Source: a virus (taxonomy: Duplodnaviria > Caudoviricetes). Taken from it: a DNA stretch of 64,000 nt. The notes below the pieces were generated by a model. The model worked only from the letters and a program-made list of their open reading frames with translations. It was not told the DNA's origin and searched no databases. The DNA lies in the IMG/VR virus record IMGVR_UViG_3300030708_002923, positions 1-64,000 of that record; one strand, written 5' to 3'. A program made the position numbers and the translations under genes. Positions within the stretch are counted from its first letter, which is position 1, and each line of letters starts with the position of its first letter. Positions 8,664 to 16,144 of this stretch are shown one piece after another.

Positions 8664-9627
8664 GTGGCGGGGGAAACACCCCGCAAAAAAATCACTACCG
8701 ACCGGGGCGGACACTGCCAACGCCTAAGAACTAAAGCGGTCCCTTGAATCTTTGAAATCACGAATAAGAATAGACGGGCAACCTGGAAACAGATTGACCC
8801 TGGTACACGGCGCGGCAAAGACGAACCCCGCGCAATCGGCCACCGCTGGAATGCAGTAAGTGCGACAGTAGGAGAGACGACCCCCCATTGCATACATCAA
8901 TAGGGGGGCGCCATCCGAAAGGATTGACACCCCGAAGCCCCGAACCCTATGGAATCCGCCACGGCGGGCAGGGTGAGGCGAGCAGGACAGGCCAACCGAT
9001 TGAACCCCGTGTAAGTTACCCCCCGGCACGTTTCACGGACGGCGGGGGAGTGCCAAGACCCCAACACCTGCGGGCGAGCGCCACTAAGGCTTTGAGCAAC
9101 ATCAAGGCCCCGTCTATAAATCCACCGCGACGAATCGCAGCGCTTACAACGTGTCGAGGTGGTAGAAATGCGATGCGGCGAGCAGTAGCGAGGCCGAGGG
9201 ATTAGTAACCCCGAAGACTACTGCAAGGTATCCCCCCACCTTACACGGGGGGACTGTGAGGCCGTGGCCCGCAGTGAACACCGCCCCGGCGAGCGTATCG
9301 CCGCCCCTTTCTACATAGCCGCCGCAAGGGATTACCCTGGATAATACGGCGGGCAATACCGAAAACCCCTACAACGGTCGCACCTTGCTGAGGGCTTCAA
9401 TCCAAGAGGGATAAAAACGCTTCCCTGTTCTATTGATAGGTAGGGGTCGGGCTCGTACCTCGGCCCCGTTTCATTACATAGCCGCCGCCGAGGCTCCCCC
9501 TATGATTCAGAGAGGGGTTGAGCCCCGGCGGGCGGTGGACCTTTCCCGGTTCGCTGTCCTGCGATTCGTCGCTGTTGACATGCCAACTACCGCAAATGTA
9601 GGATAGCCCGGTTTTAACGGGGCTTTT
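8664..9627 (+). ncRNA. Candidate large structured non-coding RNA (~960 nt), family not recognised
   Basis: No credible ORF; at least 7 long-range helices of 8-14 bp, many local hairpins, GNRA loops on the + strand, and a terminator-like 3' hairpin. Confidence 0.7.
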
Positions 9628-9712
9628 CGATGTATTTTGTACCGATAGGGCGGGGGGCCTACCCCTGATTTTTACACCTTGTCCCGCTGTTGGTCCGGTT
9701 GCCATGTCAACA
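9573..9712. repeat. 15-bp inverted repeat made of two GTTG-N6-CAAC palindromes
   Basis: TGTTGACATGCCAAC (9573-9587) versus GTTGCCATGTCAACA (9698-9712), 14/15 complementary. Confidence 0.6.
9605..9627 (+). terminator. Terminator-like hairpin at the 3' end of the RNA
   Basis: AGCCCG..CGGGGCT stem followed by TTTT. Confidence 0.45.
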
Positions 9713-9867
9713 CCAGCACGGAATAAGCCGCTTCAAAGGCTGCATATCACGTAGCCGATGGGTATTTTCATTCGGGGGCTTGAGAGGTGGCGCGGACCAA
9801 CCCCGCATAAAATCCCCGCCATATTCGCCTGTACTGGTACGAATGACCGAACCTTACCCCCCTTGTA

Positions 9868-10100
9868 CCCTAACCTCTGCCCTAACCTATCGACGAGGTT
9901 AGGGCACCCGATAGCCCGCCTTCAAGGTGCCTTATCGGTTGATGCCCTAACCTACCCTAACCTCTGGCCCAACATTTTGAACCTCTCGGATTTTCTCGAC
10001 TGTCTCGTTCTTCTCTCTCTACTATATTGTATTACCTACCTACCTATTCTGTCTAATAGGTTAGGGTAGGTTAGGGCAATAGAGAATAAACGAGGTTCAA
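9868..10100. repeat. Iteron-like CCCTAACCT/AGGTTAGGG cluster with nested inverted repeats
   Basis: 7 copies of the 9-mer; perfect 21-bp inverted repeat 9943-9963/10058-10078; 11-bp hairpin 9878-9888/9896-9906; TTGAACCTC/GAGGTTCAA 9977-9985/10092-10100. Confidence 0.75.
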
Positions 10101-10156
10101 CCGGGCTTTTCAACCTGCCCCAACGTAGGGGCACCACTGCCCCAACGGGTAGGCAC

Positions 10157-10185
10157 TTGACACCCTTTACCCCTTCCCTTAGACT
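10157..10185 (+). promoter_or_regulatory. sigma70-type early promoter
   Basis: TTGACA-N17-TAGACT, 37 nt before the first early ATG. Confidence 0.75.
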
Positions 10186-10221
10186 GACATACCAGCCAAA
10201 CCCTAACAGACTGGAGATATC

Positions 10222-10551
10222 ATGCCTGTACTCAAACGATACAAGCCGCACGGCGGCTATCCCTTGGCGCCTGGAGCCGGATGGGCGACTGTCCGAAAAC
10301 TGACCAACAGAGAGGCGGTCATGATTCTGAATGCCTCCGAGACTATGGCTGAGCGTGGCCCTGATGGATTGCGCGACACCATCGCGGGCAAGTGCTTTGT
10401 AGCTTTGAATCGATTCGGTCGCCCTAAAGCTGGCGAGTGGAACCAACCCTGTCCCGCCGGTACTCGTGCCATCTACCACCACGGTGGTGGTGGTGGCGTG
10501 TGGTCCGGTTTCTATATCATCGAAAAACTAAAAACCCTGGAGCAATCATGA
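10222..10551 (+). CDS. Early hypothetical protein
   Basis: CTGGAG RBS; ATGA-coupled to the next gene. Confidence 0.65.
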   Translation: MPVLKRYKPHGGYPLAPGAGWATVRKLTNREAVMILNASETMAERGPDGLRDTIAGKCFVALNRFGRPKAGEWNQPCPAGTRAIYHHGGGGGVWSGFYIIEKLKTLEQS

Positions 10552-11108
10552 TGAACAAAAAGACACGCACAATCGATGGCACAACCTATACCGTGACCTA
10601 TGGATTCGATACCAAGTTTGCCGCGAAGCATAATCAACGGCCGTACTTCAGCATCACCCTTGACGTAACCGAGGGGAAACGATGGGTAAGCGGTGGCGCG
10701 GATTCTGATACCATCGCGGAGGTATTCCCCGAACTTGCCAACGTTCTACAATGGCACCTGGCTGACCACTCCGCGACACCTATACACTACGTGGCCAACA
10801 CCATGTACTGGCGGGACCACTTCCCAACGCAGGCCGAGGTACAAGTATCTGAGGATGAGCCAACGCAAACGGTTACCATGGCTCCAAAGTATGAGGACCG
10901 GTACAACTACGGACCCGAGAGACTCGCGGCTCACTTGAAGTCTTGCATGGCTTGGGGCGCGTTACCGTCAGAGCGTGACTGGACGGGCGACAGCCCCGAG
11001 ACGTGGGACCGTGACACGCTCCGTGTGTACCTCGTGACACGTCAAGCGGCCTTGATGGATAACATGCGCGCGGACCTTGCGGCCGTAGGCGTGACCATTC
11101 CCAACTAA
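10548..11108 (+). CDS. Conserved-type phage hypothetical protein
   Basis: PYFSIT..FPEL..WHL..PIHYVANTMY pattern; CCCTGGAGCAATCATG start. Confidence 0.7.
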   Translation: MMNKKTRTIDGTTYTVTYGFDTKFAAKHNQRPYFSITLDVTEGKRWVSGGADSDTIAEVFPELANVLQWHLADHSATPIHYVANTMYWRDHFPTQAEVQVSEDEPTQTVTMAPKYEDRYNYGPERLAAHLKSCMAWGALPSERDWTGDSPETWDRDTLRVYLVTRQAALMDNMRADLAAVGVTIPN

Positions 11109-11144
11109 TCAACCGGGGCCCCGTGCCCCACTGGAGCAAACAAA

Positions 11145-11435
11145 ATGCCAATAGACCAATCATTCAAGTCCTATTCCTCTGCGCTTGCAGAATATGTAAA
11201 CCATCCTGACTACTACAAGGGCCGATGGGCTGTACGCTGTACCGTAATCGCAACGGGCCAAGTCGGTAGGCGGGTATTCGACAGTCACTCGGATGCGACA
11301 GCATTTGTAGATGACTTGGTGGCGCGGGGGGTATGCACTCCCGGTGATGGCAAGTACCGCATTCGTTTCGAGCGCGTTGACCCCTTGCCTGGATTCCCTA
11401 AAGCCCTGGAGCAATCATGCAACGCATCAAGTTAG
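11145..11435 (+). CDS. Early hypothetical protein
   Basis: Starts right after repeat copy 11106. Confidence 0.65.
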   Translation: MPIDQSFKSYSSALAEYVNHPDYYKGRWAVRCTVIATGQVGRRVFDSHSDATAFVDDLVARGVCTPGDGKYRIRFERVDPLPGFPKALEQSCNASS

Positions 11436-11647
11436 AAAACCTCGAAAACGTAGTAGACCGTATCAATTCGGCCGGTGTCGGCACCTACATGGTCGACCAT
11501 ACAAGCGGCGGCGTCCGCCTATCCATGCTGAACGAAACCGGCGGAAGGCGTGCCATCACGCCAATAGGAACCAAGCGCGAAACCTACTACCGCATGCACG
11601 CCTTTCTGGATGGCGTTGAGGCTGCCCAACACGGGGGGCAATCATGA
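11417..11647 (+). CDS. Early hypothetical protein
   Basis: CCCTGGAGCAATCATG start; ATGA coupling downstream. Confidence 0.65.
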   Translation: MQRIKLENLENVVDRINSAGVGTYMVDHTSGGVRLSMLNETGGRRAITPIGTKRETYYRMHAFLDGVEAAQHGGQS

Positions 11648-11967
11648 GCGCCATCATCGACACCATTAACCTGAGCGCCTGTAGCGATTGTCTTCTATTC
11701 ATCGCCAACGGTGACGAGCCAGAAGGTGACGAAACCCTACCCGCTCGCATCCAATCGGAATGGACCGTATCCGACGATACATGTGACCACCATGGCGCCG
11801 TCCACGGTTCCCTATGGTGGGACATCGTGTACGGTGGCGAGCATGAAAGCGAGGCCGACGAGCACAGCGGTTCCCTCGGTTTCTCATGGTCATCGTGCGA
11901 GTGTTGCGGTTCAAGTCTCGGAGGCGACCGCTACCCCTTGACCGCTATCCTCAGACGTAAACCCTGA
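11644..11967 (+). CDS. Early hypothetical protein with CxxC motifs
   Basis: CSDC..FSWSSCECCGSSLGGDRY. Confidence 0.7.
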   Translation: MSAIIDTINLSACSDCLLFIANGDEPEGDETLPARIQSEWTVSDDTCDHHGAVHGSLWWDIVYGGEHESEADEHSGSLGFSWSSCECCGSSLGGDRYPLTAILRRKP

Positions 11968-11979
11968 ACCCCTGGAGCA

Positions 11980-12852
11980 ATGATGTACCCCGAAACGTTC
12001 TGGAATAAACCCGTGCCCGCCAAGTACCGCAAGGCGCTGGAGGGCTTGGGGCTACCCCTTGACATAAGCCGGCGCGACCTATTCCGGTTCGTTGCCTTCA
12101 CCGATTCAGGCAAGCCCCGAAACATTCTCGGGTCTTCCTCTAAAGTAGAGAAGGGCGAAGGCGCTGGTGTTCTCACCGCAATCCTGTACCTGTCGCCCGG
12201 TCGTGAGGCCGGTATCAATATGTGCCCAATGGCGGCAGGCTGTGAAGCTGGATGCCTTGGGACTACCTCGCGCCGGATGACATGGCCTACCCATAAGAAA
12301 GCGCGGGTATGCAAAACGGTATGGCTGATGCTATTCCGTGACCACTTCCTACGGCGCCTGTCTTGGGAGATAATCGGCCACGCTATGACGGCGGAAGCCA
12401 TGGATATGAAACCCGCTATCCGCCTGAACGGGTCGAGTGATGTACTGTGGGAAAACTACAACGTACCTCAGAGCCATCCAGAGGTGCAGTTCTACGACTA
12501 TACGAAGCTGCCAGCGAAAGCCCGCGCAGGCGTGCCGGATAACTACCACCTAACGTTCAGCCTATGCGAGCGCCCCGAGAGCAAGGGTCGAGCCCTGGAG
12601 TGGCTCAACGCAGGCCGAAACGTGGCCATGGTCGTGGGCGGTGAGTCTACAACCGACAGGCCAAGCGTAATGCTGAAGGCGGCAAAGGCGGCGGCAGCTA
12701 CTATCATCGAGCGCGGAACCTTCGAGGGCTTCCCCGCTGTAAGCGGTGACAATGATGACATTCGATTCGATGACCCACCCGGCGCCTGGGTCGTGCTCTA
12801 TGCCAAGAGTGGCGCCCTGACAGACAGTACTGGATTCGTCCAGCGATTCTAA
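11980..12852 (+). CDS. GP88-like phage protein
   Basis: LYLSP..NMCP..GC..GCL..IRLNGSSDV.WE..VQFYDYTK..NYHLTFS..DDIRFDD..GFV motifs. Confidence 0.75.
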   Translation: MMYPETFWNKPVPAKYRKALEGLGLPLDISRRDLFRFVAFTDSGKPRNILGSSSKVEKGEGAGVLTAILYLSPGREAGINMCPMAAGCEAGCLGTTSRRMTWPTHKKARVCKTVWLMLFRDHFLRRLSWEIIGHAMTAEAMDMKPAIRLNGSSDVLWENYNVPQSHPEVQFYDYTKLPAKARAGVPDNYHLTFSLCERPESKGRALEWLNAGRNVAMVVGGESTTDRPSVMLKAAKAAAATIIERGTFEGFPAVSGDNDDIRFDDPPGAWVVLYAKSGALTDSTGFVQRF

Positions 12853-12884
12853 CAATGAGGGGCTTCGGCCCCACTGGAGAGACA

Positions 12885-12980
12885 ATGGGAACACTTGAAG
12901 ACCGATACCAAAACTATGTTCAATGCATGATTGACCTTGGTCAACCATACGTGGACTTTGACACGTGGCTCAACCGATAG
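12885..12980 (+). CDS. 31-aa small protein (not in ORF track)
   Basis: MGTLEDRYQNYVQCMIDLGQPYVDFDTWLNR, exactly bounded by two junction repeats. Confidence 0.6.
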   Translation: MGTLEDRYQNYVQCMIDLGQPYVDFDTWLNR

Positions 12981-12993
12981 CCCTGGAGCAAAC

Positions 12994-13215
12994 ATGAGAC
13001 TGTCCTATAGATTCTTCGATACCCGACAGGAAGCACGGAAGTTCTTTCAGTCCAATAACCTCACACTGGAGGCGTTCTATCACACTTGGCACGGCGAGTG
13101 GTTGATTTGCTATCCAGACCCGCACGCCATCGGGTGTGAGCACCTGCCCGAACTTCAACCCGGTTGCGATGAAATCCTTTGGGAAATGGACCTAATCGTA
13201 GAGTGTGAAGGCTAA
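12994..13215 (+). CDS. Early hypothetical protein
   Basis: CCCTGGAGCAAACATG start. Confidence 0.6.
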   Translation: MRLSYRFFDTRQEARKFFQSNNLTLEAFYHTWHGEWLICYPDPHAIGCEHLPELQPGCDEILWEMDLIVECEG

Positions 13216-13252
13216 CTAATCAACCGGGGCTTCGGCCCCACTGGAGCAAACA

Positions 13253-13612
13253 ATGAGCAAACGAGCAAAGACATATCATGAGATAGAAGACAACCATTGT
13301 ATCTTGAAGATACGACAGGAACGCGAGGAACGGGACGAATACAACAAGTCAATCGGTAAATCTCAACGGGGCTTTGAACTTCACAGCCCGAGACTTCGGG
13401 CCAATGCGAGCCTTAGAACGGTGGTGAAACATGCGCGAGACGCGGCCGACTTTGCGCTTTACCGTTATCGAGTGGAGCGCGATTGGTGGCACACACTCCG
13501 AGATACAAGCCAGGTCAGAGAGTATCAAAACAAAGGGCATGAAGTGGAAATACTTCGAGACAGGTGGCACACACTCGAAGAAATCGCGCAGCACCTTGAA
13601 CGACTCACTTAA
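13253..13612 (+). CDS. Early hypothetical protein with internal RDRWHTL-like repeat
   Basis: Bounded by repeat copies 13217 and 13610. Confidence 0.65.
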   Translation: MSKRAKTYHEIEDNHCILKIRQEREERDEYNKSIGKSQRGFELHSPRLRANASLRTVVKHARDAADFALYRYRVERDWWHTLRDTSQVREYQNKGHEVEILRDRWHTLEEIAQHLERLT

Positions 13613-13644
13613 TCAACCGGGGCTTCGGCCCCACTGGATACCCC

Positions 13645-13848
13645 ATGCACAAAAAGAAATACCGCGTCATCTACCGATGCCGCAGCACCCATTTACCAAG
13701 GTATCAATACGACTGTGGCGGTTACGTTAGCCGAGGTGTTCTCCAACGTAGCCGTATCGTGTCGGCTGCTGACGCTGCCCAAGCCGTCCTGAAGGCTCGC
13801 ACGTTCGATGATTACATCGAACTTGTGACTGTCTACGAGTCTGCCTAA
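13645..13848 (+). CDS. Early hypothetical protein
   Basis: Bounded by repeat copies 13610 and 13851. Confidence 0.6.
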   Translation: MHKKKYRVIYRCRSTHLPRYQYDCGGYVSRGVLQRSRIVSAADAAQAVLKARTFDDYIELVTVYESA

Positions 13849-13885
13849 CCTAATCAACCGGGGCTTCGGCCCCACTGGAGCAAAC

Positions 13886-14158
13886 ATGCAAACGAATGAA
13901 AACGCATTTATCGAACGTTGTTTCTGTATGTCACCGAAGCATCGAGACTGGAACCAAGCATGGGAAGCGATTGCGCGCCATGAATCCAACCGAGAAATGA
14001 ACGATAAAATGACCGCAGCCTGCCCGTTTAGCGGCGAGTCATGGCAATACATGGGCAGCTACAACAAGCCACAAGGGAACGTCCACACGTTCCGCCATCG
14101 CCGTCACCCTGGAGTGAACGGTGAGCGCGTCAACGTGCGCGTGTTCATCCCCAACTAA
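13886..14158 (+). CDS. Early hypothetical protein
   Basis: Bounded by repeats; CPFSGESWQYMGS motif. Confidence 0.65.
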   Translation: MQTNENAFIERCFCMSPKHRDWNQAWEAIARHESNREMNDKMTAACPFSGESWQYMGSYNKPQGNVHTFRHRRHPGVNGERVNVRVFIPN

Positions 14159-14182
14159 ACCGATAGCCCTGGAGCAATCATC

Positions 14183-14374
14183 ATGACACTACAAGAGGAA
14201 CTGGCAGCGTTGAAGCTGGCCGACATAAAAGACAAGCTACTGCGCTACTTGCTCAAAGACGTGGAAGCGAACTTCGAGCACTTGACGAATGAGGAACGCA
14301 CCATCATCGGTGACCCTGAAACATTCAGCGCGCTGTTGGAATCCATTGGGATTGACCAGCACGGAACCCGATAG
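14183..14374 (+). CDS. Early hypothetical protein
   Basis: CCCTGGAGCAA RBS. Confidence 0.6.
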   Translation: MTLQEELAALKLADIKDKLLRYLLKDVEANFEHLTNEERTIIGDPETFSALLESIGIDQHGTR

Positions 14375-14410
14375 CATACCCGACACACACAAACAAACAG
14401 GAGGTGAGTG

Positions 14411-14620
14411 ATGCCTACATACCAAATACACTGCACAGCAGCGATTGAAATATACGCAACCGTCGATGCCGATAGTATAGAGCATGCCAAGCGCATCGCT
14501 TCAAACATTACGATTGTAAACTACGCCAATGAAACGGTAGGCGCCGAGACAGACGACGGAGAGATAACTGAAGTCATCGGCCATGAGGTAGCTGGTATTA
14601 CAATCACAGGAGGTGAGTAA
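14411..14620 (+). CDS. Early hypothetical protein
   Basis: Junction-bounded, ends GGE. Confidence 0.65.
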   Translation: MPTYQIHCTAAIEIYATVDADSIEHAKRIASNITIVNYANETVGAETDDGEITEVIGHEVAGITITGGE

Positions 14621-15039
14621 TGAGCCCTACCGCAAGATTCAAAGAGTCCATCAACGGTAGCGATGTAGTCATCGACCTACGGCCTGGACAGACCTTGACC
14701 CACGTAAAGTATGAGCCTACCGATGAGGGATGGGACCGCACTGTACACACGTGGCATTACGATGCCGATAGCAAAGTCATCACAGTCAACTACTTCAATG
14801 AAGGCCGCGACTGTGATGGCTACATGTCAACCCACTACGAACGCGAATGCTCGGTTGACCGGCTACGCTCTCGAACAGTGAAGCATCCGACTGGTGGACG
14901 GTGGGAGCCATTCACCTTCGACGATGGCACCACTGCCCACGAGTGGGTGACCACTTGGGAAGAACAGACAGGCTGGCCTGACTGGAGAGAGGTCGGCTAC
15001 GAGTACCATGACCAGAACGCCAGAGCGATGGGCTACTAA
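14620..15039 (+). CDS. Early hypothetical protein
   Basis: TAATG coupled; EGRDCDG motif. Confidence 0.65.
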   Translation: MSPTARFKESINGSDVVIDLRPGQTLTHVKYEPTDEGWDRTVHTWHYDADSKVITVNYFNEGRDCDGYMSTHYERECSVDRLRSRTVKHPTGGRWEPFTFDDGTTAHEWVTTWEEQTGWPDWREVGYEYHDQNARAMGY

Positions 15040-15060
15040 ACTTTACCTATGCTGACACAC

Positions 15061-15090
15061 TTGACAGCCAATACCAAACAGGTGTATAAC
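15061..15090 (+). promoter_or_regulatory. sigma70-type promoter for ardC
   Basis: TTGACA-N18-TATAAC. Confidence 0.65.
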
Positions 15091-15120
15091 CCTAATGAGC
15101 AAACAAACCGGAGATTCAAC

Positions 15121-16074
15121 ATGGCTAAAAAACCAACATTCAACACGCACCAAGTCATCACCGATATTATCTTGGCTTCGATGGAGAAGGGCGTACAGCC
15201 CTGGCGCAAAGGCTGGACCGCATTGGGTGGCGCCTTGAGCCGTCCCGTCAGTGGAGGTACAGGCAATCCATACAACGGTATCAACGTGATTCTGCTATGG
15301 GCGGCACAGTCCGAGCGTGGCTACCACTCCGATACTTGGCACACGTACAAGGGTGCCCAAGGCAAGGGCGGTCAGGTACGCAAGGGTGAGAAGGGTACAC
15401 GCATCGTCAAGTGGTTGTTCCTGCCATTCAAAGAGAACGGACAGGTAAAGCTTGATGCCAACGGTGAGCCCGTGACCTTCGCAAAGATGAGGCTGTACAC
15501 AGTCTTCAACGCTTGCCAGATTGATTGGGCAGAGGGTAGCGAGCATGCCCCTGGTCCTGCTCCAACAGTGGAGGAACACGATGGTTCTCAGGCCGGTGAC
15601 GAGTACGAAGATGCCAAAGTCATTCTGGATTCGTGGGCCGATGAGGTCACAATCAGACATGGCGGCGACTCAGCATTCTATCGACCATCGGATGACTTGA
15701 TTCAACTGCCCACCTTTGAACAGTTTGACAGTGAAGCCGAATACTTCTCGACTGCCTTTCATGAGGCGATTCACAGCACGGGCCACAGTACCCGCCTGAA
15801 CCGCTTCAAAAAGGAACGCAAGGGTAGCTACAAGCAAGCCTACGCATTCGAGGAACTGGTAGCAGAGTTGGGTGCAGCGTTCTTGTGTGCGGATGCTGGT
15901 ATCAACCAGCCAGAAGAACCACGCGAGGACCACGCGCAGTACTTGGCCCACTGGCTCGAAGTACTCAAGGGTGACCCGAAGGCCATCGTGTCTGCGGCAT
16001 CCAAGGCAGAGAAGGCAGCGAAGCTTGTAGTGGCAAAGGCTGGCGAGGCCGGTCAACAGCAGGCAGCGAAGTAA
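15121..16074 (+). CDS. ardC: ArdC-like antirestriction/ssDNA-binding protein (ArdC-N plus zincin domain)
   Basis: PWRKGW..YNGINVILLW..W.TY..GGQVRKGEKG..VFNA..AFYRPSDD.IQLP..FHEAIHSTGH..RLNR..YAFEELVAELGAAFL..YLAHWL; GGAG RBS before ATG 15121. Confidence 0.9.
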   Translation: MAKKPTFNTHQVITDIILASMEKGVQPWRKGWTALGGALSRPVSGGTGNPYNGINVILLWAAQSERGYHSDTWHTYKGAQGKGGQVRKGEKGTRIVKWLFLPFKENGQVKLDANGEPVTFAKMRLYTVFNACQIDWAEGSEHAPGPAPTVEEHDGSQAGDEYEDAKVILDSWADEVTIRHGGDSAFYRPSDDLIQLPTFEQFDSEAEYFSTAFHEAIHSTGHSTRLNRFKKERKGSYKQAYAFEELVAELGAAFLCADAGINQPEEPREDHAQYLAHWLEVLKGDPKAIVSAASKAEKAAKLVVAKAGEAGQQQAAK

Positions 16075-16144
16075 ACCGGGAGAGGGAAGCAGTTTGCGGT
16101 CTGCTTATCAAAACCGCCTACCTTTCAACCATCATGGAGAACAA

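Larger units (their letters stand above)
11106..14177 (+). repeat. Intergenic repeat family: TAATCAACCGGGGCTTCGGCCCCACTGGAGCAAACA and short CCCTGGAGCAA forms
   Basis: Hairpin copies at 11106, 12850, 13217, 13610 and 13851; the 29-nt core is identical in the last three. Short forms at 10535, 11404, 11970, 12981 and 14167. Confidence 0.9.

Noticed and set aside
9205-9325. Group I intron R/S elements (GAAGACTAC, TACATAGCC)
   Set aside because: P7 pairing is mismatched, GACTAC is used in a local 7-bp stem, and there are no exons
8662-9552. Group II intron (GTGTG start; GAGCC..GGTTC near 9520-9552)
   Set aside because: The putative domain V lacks the continuous stem, GNRA loop and AC bulge, and is absorbed by a stronger local hairpin; no interrupted gene or RT
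8664-9627. RNase P RNA or tmRNA
   Set aside because: No GAGGAAAGUCC/P4 motif, no tRNA-like ends or tag reading frame recognised
8612-10069. ORF-track entries overlapping the structured region
   Set aside because: Low-complexity Pro/Arg/Gly translations without RBS or family motifs; better explained as non-coding
9868-10078. True eukaryotic telomere or contamination
   Set aside because: Units are 9-mers in both orientations, internal, and flanked by phage promoters and genes
13226-13239. N4-type virion RNA polymerase hairpin promoters (minus strand GGGGC-CGAA-GCCCC)
   Set aside because: No RNA polymerase motifs recognised in the giant proteins, sigma70 promoters already explain early transcription, and the UUCG RNA loop is the simpler explanation
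11106-13885. CRISPR array reading of the palindromic ~36-nt repeats
   Set aside because: Spacers are whole genes of very unequal length (about 200-1700 bp), the repeats contain RBSs, and no cas genes are present
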